The notes: generated by a model from the sequence alone, not told the origin. A stretch of 64,000 nt of DNA from Candidatus Latescibacterota bacterium (GCA_963667175.2 CAXXXF010000017.1:1-64000), one strand, 5' to 3'. Shown: positions 9,366 through 18,603, counted from the first letter of the stretch. Made by a program: numbers and translations.

Positions 9366-11786
9366 ATGGCATTTCTCGATCGAATTCGCAGGCGGAAAAC
9401 CAATCCGTACCAGGAAATCGAAGAATACCGGGATCTGCTTGAAGTCCCCAAGGAATTCGAAGAGGGATTCAACTCCAAGACCATTCTCGGTGCGCTCTTC
9501 GTTTCCGTCATTATGGTTCCGGGCAATATCTACCTGGAACTCATGGTGGGACATTCCGTCGGCGCCGCGGCCCAGTGGGTGACCATCATTCTGTTCCTGG
9601 AACTGGCCAAGCGCTCGTTCACGGTGCTTAAGAAGCAGGAACTTTACCTGCTCTACTACGTCACCAGCGCCCTGGTTGCCCGCGAAACCGGAATGTTCGA
9701 AGGCCTGCTCTGGCAGCAGTACTACGTGCAGTCTCCGGCCGCCAAGCAGTTCGGCATCTCCCATCTCATCCCCCGCTGGTGGGCGCCCCCGCCCGATTCT
9801 CCGGCGCTGATCGATCGGACCTTCCTGCATCAGGACTGGCTCCTGCCCATCTCCCTGCTCGTTTTGGGAATGATCATGGGTCGCATCCAGTGGTTCACCG
9901 CGAGTTACGTGCTCTTCCGCATCACCTCCGACTACGAACGCCTGCCCTTTCCCTTCGCGCCCATCAACGCCCAGGGCGCCATGGCGCTTGCGGAAGAAAG
10001 CAGCGGTCAGTACAGCTGGCGCTGGCGGGTTTTCAGCATTGGCGCGGTCATCGGGGTTGTGTTCGGGTCGGTCTACGTGGCCGTACCCGCCATTTCCGGC
10101 GCGTTCATGGAACAGCCGCTTCAACTCATCCCCATCCCGTGGGTGGATTTCACCCAGTACACGGGATACTTCCTGCCGGCCACGCCGCTGGGCTTTACGC
10201 TGCACCTGGCGCCCATCTTCGCCGGTCTTCTGGCGCCGTTCTGGGCGGTCATGGGCGCATTCATCGGTGTCGCCATCCACACCGCGGCGGGTCCCATCCT
10301 GTATTCCTACGGGTACATGCCCAACTGGTATATGGGCATGGATACCATCATGACCCACTTCGTCACGGGCATCGATTTCTGGATGAGCTTCGGGATCGGC
10401 ATCACCTTCGCCATCGCAATTATCGGATTCTACCAGGTCTGGACCGGGGTTCGTACCGCCCGGGTGGAGAAAAAAGAAACGGGGAGCTGGACGCCGCCGC
10501 GCGGTCGCGGAGACTTCCGGATCTGGATCTGCGTCGTACTCTTCTGTCTTGCGAGCCTATATACCATAATCCTCGCCAAGGTCCTCTTCCCTGACCTCGT
10601 GAGCACGGTGCTGCTCATCTTCTTTTTCGTCTTCGCGTTCGTCTATACGCCGTTGATCTCCTTCGTCAACGCGCGGCTGGACGGGCTGGTCGGACAGAAC
10701 GTCAATATCCCCTATATCAGGGAAGCCACGATCTTTCTGAGCGGGTTCAGGGGTATCGAAATCTGGTTTGTGCCCTTCCCCCTGGCCAACTGGGGCGCAC
10801 AGGCTGAAACATTCCGTCAGATTGAACTCACAGGCTCGAAATTCACCGGGATCCTGAAGGCTGAGATCTTCATGATCCCGCTGATCCTCCTGACCAGTTT
10901 CATGTACTGGTCCTATATCTGGAAGCTGGCGCCAATTCCCTCGGCCTCCTACCCCTACGTCCAGATGATGTGGCCGCTGCGGGCGCTCCAGAGCAGCGTC
11001 TGGTACACCGGCACCATGCAGGGCGAGGTGGAGCACGACCCGTCCTCCGGAACGGTATCCTTCCAGCCGAGCAATCTGCCCGACGGCAACTGGTGGTACT
11101 GGCGCGCCCGCGCGTCGGCCGACGCGCACATTGAAGATCATGAACAACGCGCTTACGGACCGTGGTCCCGCGTTGGGTATTTTTATACGAACTTCAAGAG
11201 TACCGAAAAGCCGCTCGTGCCGCCGCTTCCGGTGGACCGATCGGCGCCGGACATTTCCGAAGCGTTGCGGCTGGGCCTGCCTTCGGCGCCGGCGTTGCGG
11301 AGCCCCGATGACGGAAGCCACGCGAACAACCCCAACCCCAACCTGGTCGTGCTCGCCGCGCGGGACCAGGAGGGACGGGAGCTTGTATACCAGTTCGAAG
11401 TGGACCAGGTTCCCTCCTTCGACGGTTCCTTTCTGCAGAGTTCGGACGACGAGCCGATCCTGTTCGAAGCCATCAAGCCGGTCGTGATCGCCATAGGACT
11501 CGGCGTCGGCCTGGTCTCGTTCGTGGTTCTGTCCGTCCTGGGCCTGCCGGTCCTGCTCATCTTCGGATACATACGGAGTCTGACCAGCATTCCCCACGTG
11601 ATGATCACCGAGATCATCGGCGCGCTCCTCGCGCGGTACTATTTCTGGAAGCGCTTCGGCAGACAGCAATGGCGACTCTATGCCGCCGTGTTGTACGTCG
11701 GGTTTTCGGTGGGAATGTCGCTGGTGGGCATGGCCTCCGTGTCTATTGCCATGATCCAGAAGGCCGTCTCGGTACTGTTGTTCTGA
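9366..11786 (+). CDS. OPT-superfamily-like peptide transporter with an inserted extracytoplasmic Fn3/Ig-like segment
   Basis: 806-aa polytopic protein; YERLPFP motif similar to that of the DUF6785-like proteins; soluble insert with WYWRARA, YGPWS and PSAPALRSP. Confidence 0.7.
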   Translation: MAFLDRIRRRKTNPYQEIEEYRDLLEVPKEFEEGFNSKTILGALFVSVIMVPGNIYLELMVGHSVGAAAQWVTIILFLELAKRSFTVLKKQELYLLYYVTSALVARETGMFEGLLWQQYYVQSPAAKQFGISHLIPRWWAPPPDSPALIDRTFLHQDWLLPISLLVLGMIMGRIQWFTASYVLFRITSDYERLPFPFAPINAQGAMALAEESSGQYSWRWRVFSIGAVIGVVFGSVYVAVPAISGAFMEQPLQLIPIPWVDFTQYTGYFLPATPLGFTLHLAPIFAGLLAPFWAVMGAFIGVAIHTAAGPILYSYGYMPNWYMGMDTIMTHFVTGIDFWMSFGIGITFAIAIIGFYQVWTGVRTARVEKKETGSWTPPRGRGDFRIWICVVLFCLASLYTIILAKVLFPDLVSTVLLIFFFVFAFVYTPLISFVNARLDGLVGQNVNIPYIREATIFLSGFRGIEIWFVPFPLANWGAQAETFRQIELTGSKFTGILKAEIFMIPLILLTSFMYWSYIWKLAPIPSASYPYVQMMWPLRALQSSVWYTGTMQGEVEHDPSSGTVSFQPSNLPDGNWWYWRARASADAHIEDHEQRAYGPWSRVGYFYTNFKSTEKPLVPPLPVDRSAPDISEALRLGLPSAPALRSPDDGSHANNPNPNLVVLAARDQEGRELVYQFEVDQVPSFDGSFLQSSDDEPILFEAIKPVVIAIGLGVGLVSFVVLSVLGLPVLLIFGYIRSLTSIPHVMITEIIGALLARYYFWKRFGRQQWRLYAAVLYVGFSVGMSLVGMASVSIAMIQKAVSVLLF

Positions 11787-11891
11787 GCGCCGTCCGGCGA
11801 TGGCCCTTGACGTTGGCTGGACAGGTATCCCGTTTGACGGATTGATTCGATCGATCCGGGCCGTGTGGTCTAACGACACCTGGATGGAAGC

Positions 11892-12458
11892 ATGTCAGCA
11901 GCGATCGGCATGATCGAAGTCGAAGGCGTCGCCGGGATTATTCTGGCGTCGGACGCGGCCTGCAAAGCCGCTGGCGTGGATCTTCTGGGTTGGGAGTCCA
12001 TCGGTGGATTCACCACCGTTTTCTTCGGCGGATCCATCAGCCGCGTGGCAACGGCGCTCAGGAGCGGGGAACAGGCGGCCAAAGAGGTGGCGGACCACGT
12101 CGTGGCGGCGCCAATGACGCACCCCGAACCCGTTTGCCGGGAGTACGTCTCGAATGCGGTCGCATCCCGGCGGCGGACACCGTCCGGAGCGCTGGGTATG
12201 ATCGAAACGAGAGGATATGGCGCCCACGTCACCGCCAACGACAAAATGATGAAGGCGGCCGACGTCCAGGTCTACAACGTGCTCACCGTACACAACCGGG
12301 TGGTCTGCTCCCTGATACTTGGCGACGTGGCTTCCGTGACCGAAGCCCTGCCCGTGGGCCGCGCGAGCGTCGAGGCCGGCGAGAACTTCCTGGGCGCTGC
12401 CCTCATCACCAGACCCCTGCCCGACGTCCTGCGGGCATTCGGCCCCGGAGCGCCGTGA
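11892..12458 (+). CDS. Bacterial microcompartment shell protein with 2 tandem BMC domains
   Basis: AIGMIEVEG..ASDAACKAAGV and ALGMIETRG..NDKMMKAADV; both are canonical Pfam00936-like repeats. Confidence 0.92.
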   Translation: MSAAIGMIEVEGVAGIILASDAACKAAGVDLLGWESIGGFTTVFFGGSISRVATALRSGEQAAKEVADHVVAAPMTHPEPVCREYVSNAVASRRRTPSGALGMIETRGYGAHVTANDKMMKAADVQVYNVLTVHNRVVCSLILGDVASVTEALPVGRASVEAGENFLGAALITRPLPDVLRAFGPGAP

Positions 12459-13618
12459 CATCCCCGCGAAATCACGCCCTGGGCATTCTGGAAACCCGCG
12501 GCATGACCGCGCTTGTCGCGGCCGTGGACGCCATGCTGAAGACCGTGGACGTTCGGGTTCTGGGCAGTCACGGCGTGGGATCGGGCTGGTTGACGGTTGT
12601 AATCGAGGGCGTCGTATCGGACGTTGAGGCCGCCATTCGAGTCGGACGATCCGAAGCCGTGAACCACGGCGACCTGATCACCGCCGACGTCATCGCGGGA
12701 CCGGTCCCGGGCGCCCTCAAGTCCATGCCGCACAGGACGGACGCGGTCACGACAGGCCCGTTCGGCGCCGGGGCGATGGGCATCCTTGAAACGCGGGGCA
12801 TGGTCCCCCTCATCCGTGGCGCCGACGCGATGGTCAAAAGCGCGCGCGTTCGCGTCGCCGGTTGGACGTCCGTTGGCGGCGCGCTGGTTCATCTCGTGGT
12901 CCGGGGTGAACTTTCATCGGTCCAGACTGCCCTGCAGGCCGGCAAAGCGTGTGCCGATGAGGTCGGGGAAGTGTACGCGGCCCTTATGATTCCGAGGCCG
13001 GAGGCAGGCGTCGAACCGCTGCTTCCGGGACCACCGGTTTCAAACGGGCCCCGGGCAGACGCGGGCGCGCTCGGTGTGCTTGAAACAACGGGTTACGCCA
13101 GCGCGGTCGGCGGTTCCGACGCCATGGTCAAAGCCGCCGATATCGACCTCGTGCGCCTCGTCATCGCCAGCGGAGGCCGGGTGGACGCACTGGTGAAAGG
13201 CCGGCTGGACGCAGTCCAGGCGGCCGTCGACGCCGGTGTCGACGGCGCCCTGGAGGCCGGAGAGTTGAATGCATCCTGTGTCGTTTCCCGACCGTCTTCC
13301 GAAGTCATGGCCTGTTTCGGCCGAAGCGAGGCCGTAAGAGCCACGAGCGGGAATCAGGCCATGGGTCTCATCGAGACACGCAGCACCGTGGCCCTGGTCA
13401 AAGCCGTGGATCAGATGTTGAAGTCCGCGGACGTGGAATTCGAGGGTCGATACAAGGTCGGGTACTTTCTCACGGCAAGCGTTGTCCGGGGAGACGTCGG
13501 CGCGGTGGGCGCCGCCCTGCAAGTCGGGGCCGAGGAAGCGGAAAGGTACGGTGAACTCGTATCGGCCCATCTCATTCCGCACCCCTTTCCCGCACTGGAA
13601 GAGCGGCTGATCCACTGA
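12455..13618 (+). CDS. Bacterial microcompartment shell protein with 4 tandem BMC domains (387 aa)
   Basis: GTG start overlapping the upstream TGA (GTGA) with a GGAG RBS. Four repeats: ALGILETRG..DAMLK, AMGILETRG..DAMVK, ALGVLETTG..DAMVK, AMGLIETRS..DQMLK. Confidence 0.92.
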   Translation: MTSPRNHALGILETRGMTALVAAVDAMLKTVDVRVLGSHGVGSGWLTVVIEGVVSDVEAAIRVGRSEAVNHGDLITADVIAGPVPGALKSMPHRTDAVTTGPFGAGAMGILETRGMVPLIRGADAMVKSARVRVAGWTSVGGALVHLVVRGELSSVQTALQAGKACADEVGEVYAALMIPRPEAGVEPLLPGPPVSNGPRADAGALGVLETTGYASAVGGSDAMVKAADIDLVRLVIASGGRVDALVKGRLDAVQAAVDAGVDGALEAGELNASCVVSRPSSEVMACFGRSEAVRATSGNQAMGLIETRSTVALVKAVDQMLKSADVEFEGRYKVGYFLTASVVRGDVGAVGAALQVGAEEAERYGELVSAHLIPHPFPALEERLIH

Positions 13619-13657
13619 TCCGCCGCCGAATGCCATTTCCGTCTACCGGGGAAATCC

Positions 13658-14827
13658 ATGATACGCATCGACGATCCGGTGGTTACAGAACAGCTCCTCA
13701 AGGATAAACTGGGACAGGGGCGAGAGGTTGAAATCTGCCCGCGGGCGAAGCTCACTCCGCTGGCGCTGGACTATCTTGCGGCCAACGGGGTACAGGTATC
13801 CAGAAAAGAGTCGGATACCGGCAGTCCAAGGACCTCAGCGCCGACCCACCGCCGAATCCCCGGCGCCCGGAGAGAATTCAAGGGTATCTTCTGCCCCAAT
13901 ATCGTTATCTTCGACGGCAACAACCGCATCAACTTCGGTGAGATGGAGCGCTACGTCAACTGGCTCATCGACGCCGGCATCCACGGGTTGTATCCCAATG
14001 GCAGCACCGGCGAATTCGTGCGCCTTTCCAGCGACGAACGCAAGGAAGTCGTGCGGCTTGTCACAAACGTCAACCAGGGCCGCGTGCCCGTTCTCGCGGG
14101 CGCCAGCGAAGCCAACCTGCGCGACGTGCTCCGAATGAGCGAATACTACGCGGGCATTGACGTCGACGCCATTTCGCTGGTCCCCCCCTACTATTACGAG
14201 ATCTCGGAAACCAGCCTCTTCGAATACTTCGCGGAAATCGCCAGGCAGACGCCTCTGGACGTCCTCCTCTATAATATTCCGCAATTCACACAGGAACTCA
14301 CGCTGGACATCATGGAACGCCTGCTTCCGTTCGAACGCATCATGGGAACCAAAGACTCCAGCCGGGACATGCCGAGGCTGATCAACACCATGCATCGGTT
14401 ACGCGAACAGCGTCCGGAGTACGTGGTCCTGGTCGGCTGCGAAGAAATCCTCTGCCCTTCCATAATGATGGGCGCCAGCGGCGGCACGATCGCAACGTCC
14501 GGTATCATACCGGAAGTCATCGTTGACGTCTACGAAAAGACCCTGGCCGGAGATATCGGAAACGCGAGAGAAATGCAATACCGCATCCTGGACCTCATCA
14601 ACCTCATGCTCCTGGGTGTGAATTTCCCGGAGGGCTTCAAAACGGGTGTCGCCGTTCGTGGATTCGACGTGGGTCCGTCCCGCCAGACGATGAGCGCCGA
14701 GGAAAAGGATTACCTGCTCAAGCTGGAAGCACAGATCAGCTGTATCCTGAAAGATATGGGATACGACGTCAATGGCGCCCGAGCCTGTCCCGTAACCAAC
14801 CTCCCGTCAATCGTCGACCGGACGTGA
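13658..14827 (+). CDS. Dihydrodipicolinate synthase/NAL-family class I aldolase with an extra N-terminal domain
   Basis: GSTGEF, LLYNIP (catalytic Tyr) and GTKDSS (Schiff-base Lys); about 70 extra N-terminal residues containing KLTPLALDYL. Confidence 0.88.
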   Translation: MIRIDDPVVTEQLLKDKLGQGREVEICPRAKLTPLALDYLAANGVQVSRKESDTGSPRTSAPTHRRIPGARREFKGIFCPNIVIFDGNNRINFGEMERYVNWLIDAGIHGLYPNGSTGEFVRLSSDERKEVVRLVTNVNQGRVPVLAGASEANLRDVLRMSEYYAGIDVDAISLVPPYYYEISETSLFEYFAEIARQTPLDVLLYNIPQFTQELTLDIMERLLPFERIMGTKDSSRDMPRLINTMHRLREQRPEYVVLVGCEEILCPSIMMGASGGTIATSGIIPEVIVDVYEKTLAGDIGNAREMQYRILDLINLMLLGVNFPEGFKTGVAVRGFDVGPSRQTMSAEEKDYLLKLEAQISCILKDMGYDVNGARACPVTNLPSIVDRT

Positions 14828-14902
14828 TACGGCTCGACGTTCCTTCGGGCGATATCCGAATCCGTTCCTGATCCCGATTCCCATCCCTACAGGAGAGTTC
14901 CC

Positions 14903-15847
14903 ATGGCCGACAACGCGCCGCGGCAAAACCTCGTGGATCCCTTCAGCCTGAGCGGCGGCGACGGATACGTCTGGCTGAAAGGCAACCTCCACTCCCACAC
15001 CACGAACTCCGACGGCAAAGCGTCGCCCCAGGAAAGGCTCGATGGTTACGTCAACCAGGGGTACGACTTTCTGTGTCTTTCGGACCACCGAAGAATCACC
15101 CGGATCGACTCCCTGGACTGTCCGGACGACTTCGCGCTCATTCAAGGCGCCGAACTGCACCCCGACAACCCGTTCGGCGGGCAGAAACACCATTTTCTCT
15201 GTCTGAACGTTCACGAAGACCTCGACTCGGAAGCCATGCCGCCCCAGCACGTGATCGACGCCGTCCGGGACCAGGGCGGCAGCACGTGGCTGGCCCACCC
15301 CTACTGGAGTTCCGTGAACATTCTCAGGGACGTCCTGCCGCTTGAGGGATTTGCCGGCGTGGAAGTCTTCAACACAACGTGCCGATGCGCGGGACGGGGC
15401 GAGTCCGGCGTTCACTGGGACGACTGGATGGACCTGGACAACAGGCTGTATCCCGCCCTGGCCAACGACGACTCCCACGCACTCGAATCGGATCACCGCG
15501 ACACGTACGGGGGCTGGACGATGGCGCGTGTGAAGGAGCGGTCACCCGGGGCCATTCTCGACGCGCTGGAACGGGGGGCGAGCTATTCGAGCACCGGCGT
15601 CGAGATCCGAAACGTCACCCTGCGCAGCAGCGAAGACGGGAAACGGTCGATGGAAGCCACGGTCGAATGCTCCGAATCCCGTTGTATCCTGGCCATTTGC
15701 GATACATTCGGAACGGAGTACAGGAATTCGGAAGAACCCTTTACAAGCGCCACGTTCACCCTGAGTCCGGGCGCGCGGTGGGTCCGTTTCGAAGTCATCG
15801 GAGCGGACGGGACGAAGGCCTGGTCCAATCCCTTCGACCTCACCTGA
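14903..15847 (+). CDS. PHP-domain metallohydrolase (CehA/McbA-like)
   Basis: KGNLHSHTTNSDG, LSDH, AHP, EVFN and NDDSH motifs. Confidence 0.85.
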   Translation: MADNAPRQNLVDPFSLSGGDGYVWLKGNLHSHTTNSDGKASPQERLDGYVNQGYDFLCLSDHRRITRIDSLDCPDDFALIQGAELHPDNPFGGQKHHFLCLNVHEDLDSEAMPPQHVIDAVRDQGGSTWLAHPYWSSVNILRDVLPLEGFAGVEVFNTTCRCAGRGESGVHWDDWMDLDNRLYPALANDDSHALESDHRDTYGGWTMARVKERSPGAILDALERGASYSSTGVEIRNVTLRSSEDGKRSMEATVECSESRCILAICDTFGTEYRNSEEPFTSATFTLSPGARWVRFEVIGADGTKAWSNPFDLT

Positions 15848-15859
15848 CGAAGAGCCGAG

Positions 15860-16597
15860 ATGGGATCCGACCTGACACACGATCAACTGGCAGCGTACCG
15901 TACCGACGGCTTCGTACAGGTACCCGATCTTCTGACACCGTGTGAAATCGACGCCTTCCTGGAAGCGCAGGCCGAAAGGAAGCCGGCCGAAATCCTGGAA
16001 CTCGGCCTGCGCAGGCACACCGCCGACCCGCAGTGGCGTTATCTGGCGTCGCATCCCCGCATCGCCGGCGTCGCGGCCCAGTTGCTGGGCGGGACGCCGA
16101 TGATCGTCCAGACCATGTACCTGGCAAAGGAGGCGGACGGCGGCGCCGGCATCGCGCTTCACCAGGACGCTCACTATATCCGGAACGAACCGGTCACCCT
16201 TATGGCGGGCTGGCTCGCGCTGAGCGATACCGACAGGAACAACGGCGGCCTCTGCGTCGTCGCCGGCAGCCACCTGGACCCACTCCGGAATACCCGGCCT
16301 CCGCAAGACCGCAGCGAACACGCCTCCTGGGTGAAAGATTACGCGATGCGAGGACCTGACGGCAGGGAGTGGACCGAAACCATGCACTCGCACGAGGTTA
16401 CCGGCGTACGCCACGATGAACTCACCTTCCTTGCGGTACCGCGAGGCTCGGGAGTCTTCTTTACGGGCAGAACCATCCACGGCTCTTACGCGAACCGGTC
16501 CCGGGGCAGGCCCCGTCTGGCGTTCGCCATACACTACGTCAGGGCGGGCACGTGGGTCTATCGACGCGATATCCAGGACCTCACGCCGGCCAGCTGA
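15860..16597 (+). CDS. Phytanoyl-CoA dioxygenase (PhyH) family Fe/2OG dioxygenase
   Basis: HQD, NGGLCVVAGSH and IHGSYANRS..R motifs. Confidence 0.88.
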   Translation: MGSDLTHDQLAAYRTDGFVQVPDLLTPCEIDAFLEAQAERKPAEILELGLRRHTADPQWRYLASHPRIAGVAAQLLGGTPMIVQTMYLAKEADGGAGIALHQDAHYIRNEPVTLMAGWLALSDTDRNNGGLCVVAGSHLDPLRNTRPPQDRSEHASWVKDYAMRGPDGREWTETMHSHEVTGVRHDELTFLAVPRGSGVFFTGRTIHGSYANRSRGRPRLAFAIHYVRAGTWVYRRDIQDLTPAS

Positions 16598-16645
16598 ACG
16601 ACGTCCGTGCCTGAAGTCTTCAATTTTCCACTTGGGAACCCCGTT

Positions 16646-17614
16646 ATGAAACGAGTTGCAAAGCCGGAAGGCGAGTACAATATCGTCATCGAAGACGTTC
16701 CGATACCTGAAATCACGCCCTCCGAGGTGCTGATCCGGGCGGAGTGCAGTCTGATCAGCCGCGGTTCCGAGATCTGGCGTCGCTACATCCGACCCGAAGC
16801 CATCGCCCATCAGAGCATGGGATACTCGTTCGTGGGAGACGTCGTGGAGGTCGGCGCGCGCGTGGACGGCTTTTCTATCGGAGACCGCGTGGCGGCCATT
16901 GCGCCGCACGCGGAATACGTGGCCGTCGAAATCGTGAACTCACGCCACCAGGACCCGGTCGTCCATCTCCCGGACGCGGTTACCTCCGAAGCCGCGACAT
17001 TCTGGCCGCTGAGCACCAGTTCCGTTCTCTGGATGTGGGAGATCGATGCCCGCGAGGAAGATACGGTGGCCATTCTGGGTCAGGGGCTCGTGGGCTCCAT
17101 CTGCATGCAGGCGCTCAACGCGGCGGCGAACCCCCGTGTCATCGCGGTCGACGCGCTGCCCCTCCGGTGCGATCTGGCGAGTCGTCTCGGGGCGGACCAC
17201 GTGGTGGACGCGTCGAGCGAAGACCCCGTCAAGGCGGTCAAAGGGCTGACGGACGGCGCCGGCGCGGAAATCGTCGTGGAAGCGGTCGGCGGGCGCGCGG
17301 GCGCGGGCGCCTTTGCGCAGGCACAGGAGATGGTGAAACGAAAAGGCCTGATCCAGGTGATCGGCTTGTACGAGGACGAGCCGTTGCCGCTCGACTCGGG
17401 AAAGATTCAGGGACGACGAATCGTGGGCGGCTACTCGGACGGCGGCAAGCGATCGCTGGGTTCCGACCGCGCCCTCCGGCTTCTTGGCGAGAAAAAGATC
17501 GACGCCGAAGCCATGATCACCCACCGCTTTCCCTTCCAGGAGGCGGCGGAGGCGTTCGACTTGCTGTATACCCGTCTGGGCGAGACGATGGGCGTCGTAC
17601 TTGTCTGGAAGTGA
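16646..17614 (+). CDS. MDR-family alcohol dehydrogenase/oxidoreductase (no classical Zn ligands)
   Basis: SLISRGSE, GYSFVG in place of GHE, Rossmann GQGLVG, ITHRF. An alternative GTG start lies at 16607. Confidence 0.82.
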   Translation: MKRVAKPEGEYNIVIEDVPIPEITPSEVLIRAECSLISRGSEIWRRYIRPEAIAHQSMGYSFVGDVVEVGARVDGFSIGDRVAAIAPHAEYVAVEIVNSRHQDPVVHLPDAVTSEAATFWPLSTSSVLWMWEIDAREEDTVAILGQGLVGSICMQALNAAANPRVIAVDALPLRCDLASRLGADHVVDASSEDPVKAVKGLTDGAGAEIVVEAVGGRAGAGAFAQAQEMVKRKGLIQVIGLYEDEPLPLDSGKIQGRRIVGGYSDGGKRSLGSDRALRLLGEKKIDAEAMITHRFPFQEAAEAFDLLYTRLGETMGVVLVWK

Positions 17615-17695
17615 CAATAACCCACGCCGGTTCGGGGACTTAGCGGTTTCCAGCATCCGCGGCCCGACGCCGCCGTCACGTTAACCGGAGGTTTC

Positions 17696-18592
17696 GTGAA
17701 GAACGGTTTCTATAAGGGCCATGGTCTCGGCAACGACTACATCGTCATGGATCCGGTCGACCTAGACTTCAGGCTCACCCCCAGGAATATTCGCCTGATC
17801 TGCAACCGCAACCTGGGCATCGGCGGAGACGGTATCCTTACCGTGGAACCCGGGAACGGGGCGGACTTCGGCCTGCGCATTTTCAACCCCGACGGAAGCG
17901 AAGCCGAAAAATCGGGCAACGGCCTGCGCATCTTCGCGCGATTCCTGCATGCCACGCACAGAACACGGCAGATCAGTTTCACGGTTGATACCCTGGGCGG
18001 TCTCGTGGAGATTGAGGTCCACCCGGATCGTCACGGCGATGCGAGCCTCGCGACCGTGGAGATGGGCCGGGCCGATTTCAATCCCAATGCGCTGCCCTGC
18101 ACCCTGGACGAGGGCGAGCTGATCGAACGTCCCATCGCGGCGGCGGGGCGCAAACTGAGATTTACCGGCGTCAGCGTGGGCAACCCCCACTGCGTCATCT
18201 TCAGACCCGCAGGCGAGGCCTGGACCCGCGACGACCTGCTCGAACTCGGACCCGCCCTTGAGAATCACGATCTCTTCCCCAACCGCATCAACGTGCAACT
18301 GGCCGTACCCACGGGCCCGAATGAGATCTTCATTCTCATCTGGGAGCGCGGCGCGGGAGAGACGCTGGCATCCGGATCGTCGTCCTGCGCGGCGGCAAGC
18401 GCGGCCGTCCGTCTGGGGCTGGTGGAATCGCCGGTAACCGTCAACGCCCAGGGCGGCGCTCTCGACGTCGCGATCGACCCCGACTTTCGCCTGACCATGA
18501 AGGGACCGGTCGCGGAGGTCGCGCAAGGCGCCCTGAGTCCGGCATTCGTGAGGGAACTCCGGGACGAAGACCCGGGCTCGGCGGACGGATGA
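17696..18592 (+). CDS. dapF: Diaminopimelate epimerase family protein with Ser in place of both catalytic Cys
   Basis: KGHGLGNDY, GIGGDG, FNPDGSEAEKSGNG, VGNPH, WERGAGETLASGSS. Confidence 0.85.
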   Translation: MKNGFYKGHGLGNDYIVMDPVDLDFRLTPRNIRLICNRNLGIGGDGILTVEPGNGADFGLRIFNPDGSEAEKSGNGLRIFARFLHATHRTRQISFTVDTLGGLVEIEVHPDRHGDASLATVEMGRADFNPNALPCTLDEGELIERPIAAAGRKLRFTGVSVGNPHCVIFRPAGEAWTRDDLLELGPALENHDLFPNRINVQLAVPTGPNEIFILIWERGAGETLASGSSSCAAASAAVRLGLVESPVTVNAQGGALDVAIDPDFRLTMKGPVAEVAQGALSPAFVRELRDEDPGSADG

Positions 18593-18603
18593 ACGGATCC
18601 CTC

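Noticed and set aside
11990-12454. Upstream extension of the 542-aa BMC ORF
   Set aside because: It is the off-frame shadow of the 2-domain BMC gene. BMC-like sequence starts only at GTG 12455, which has its own RBS.
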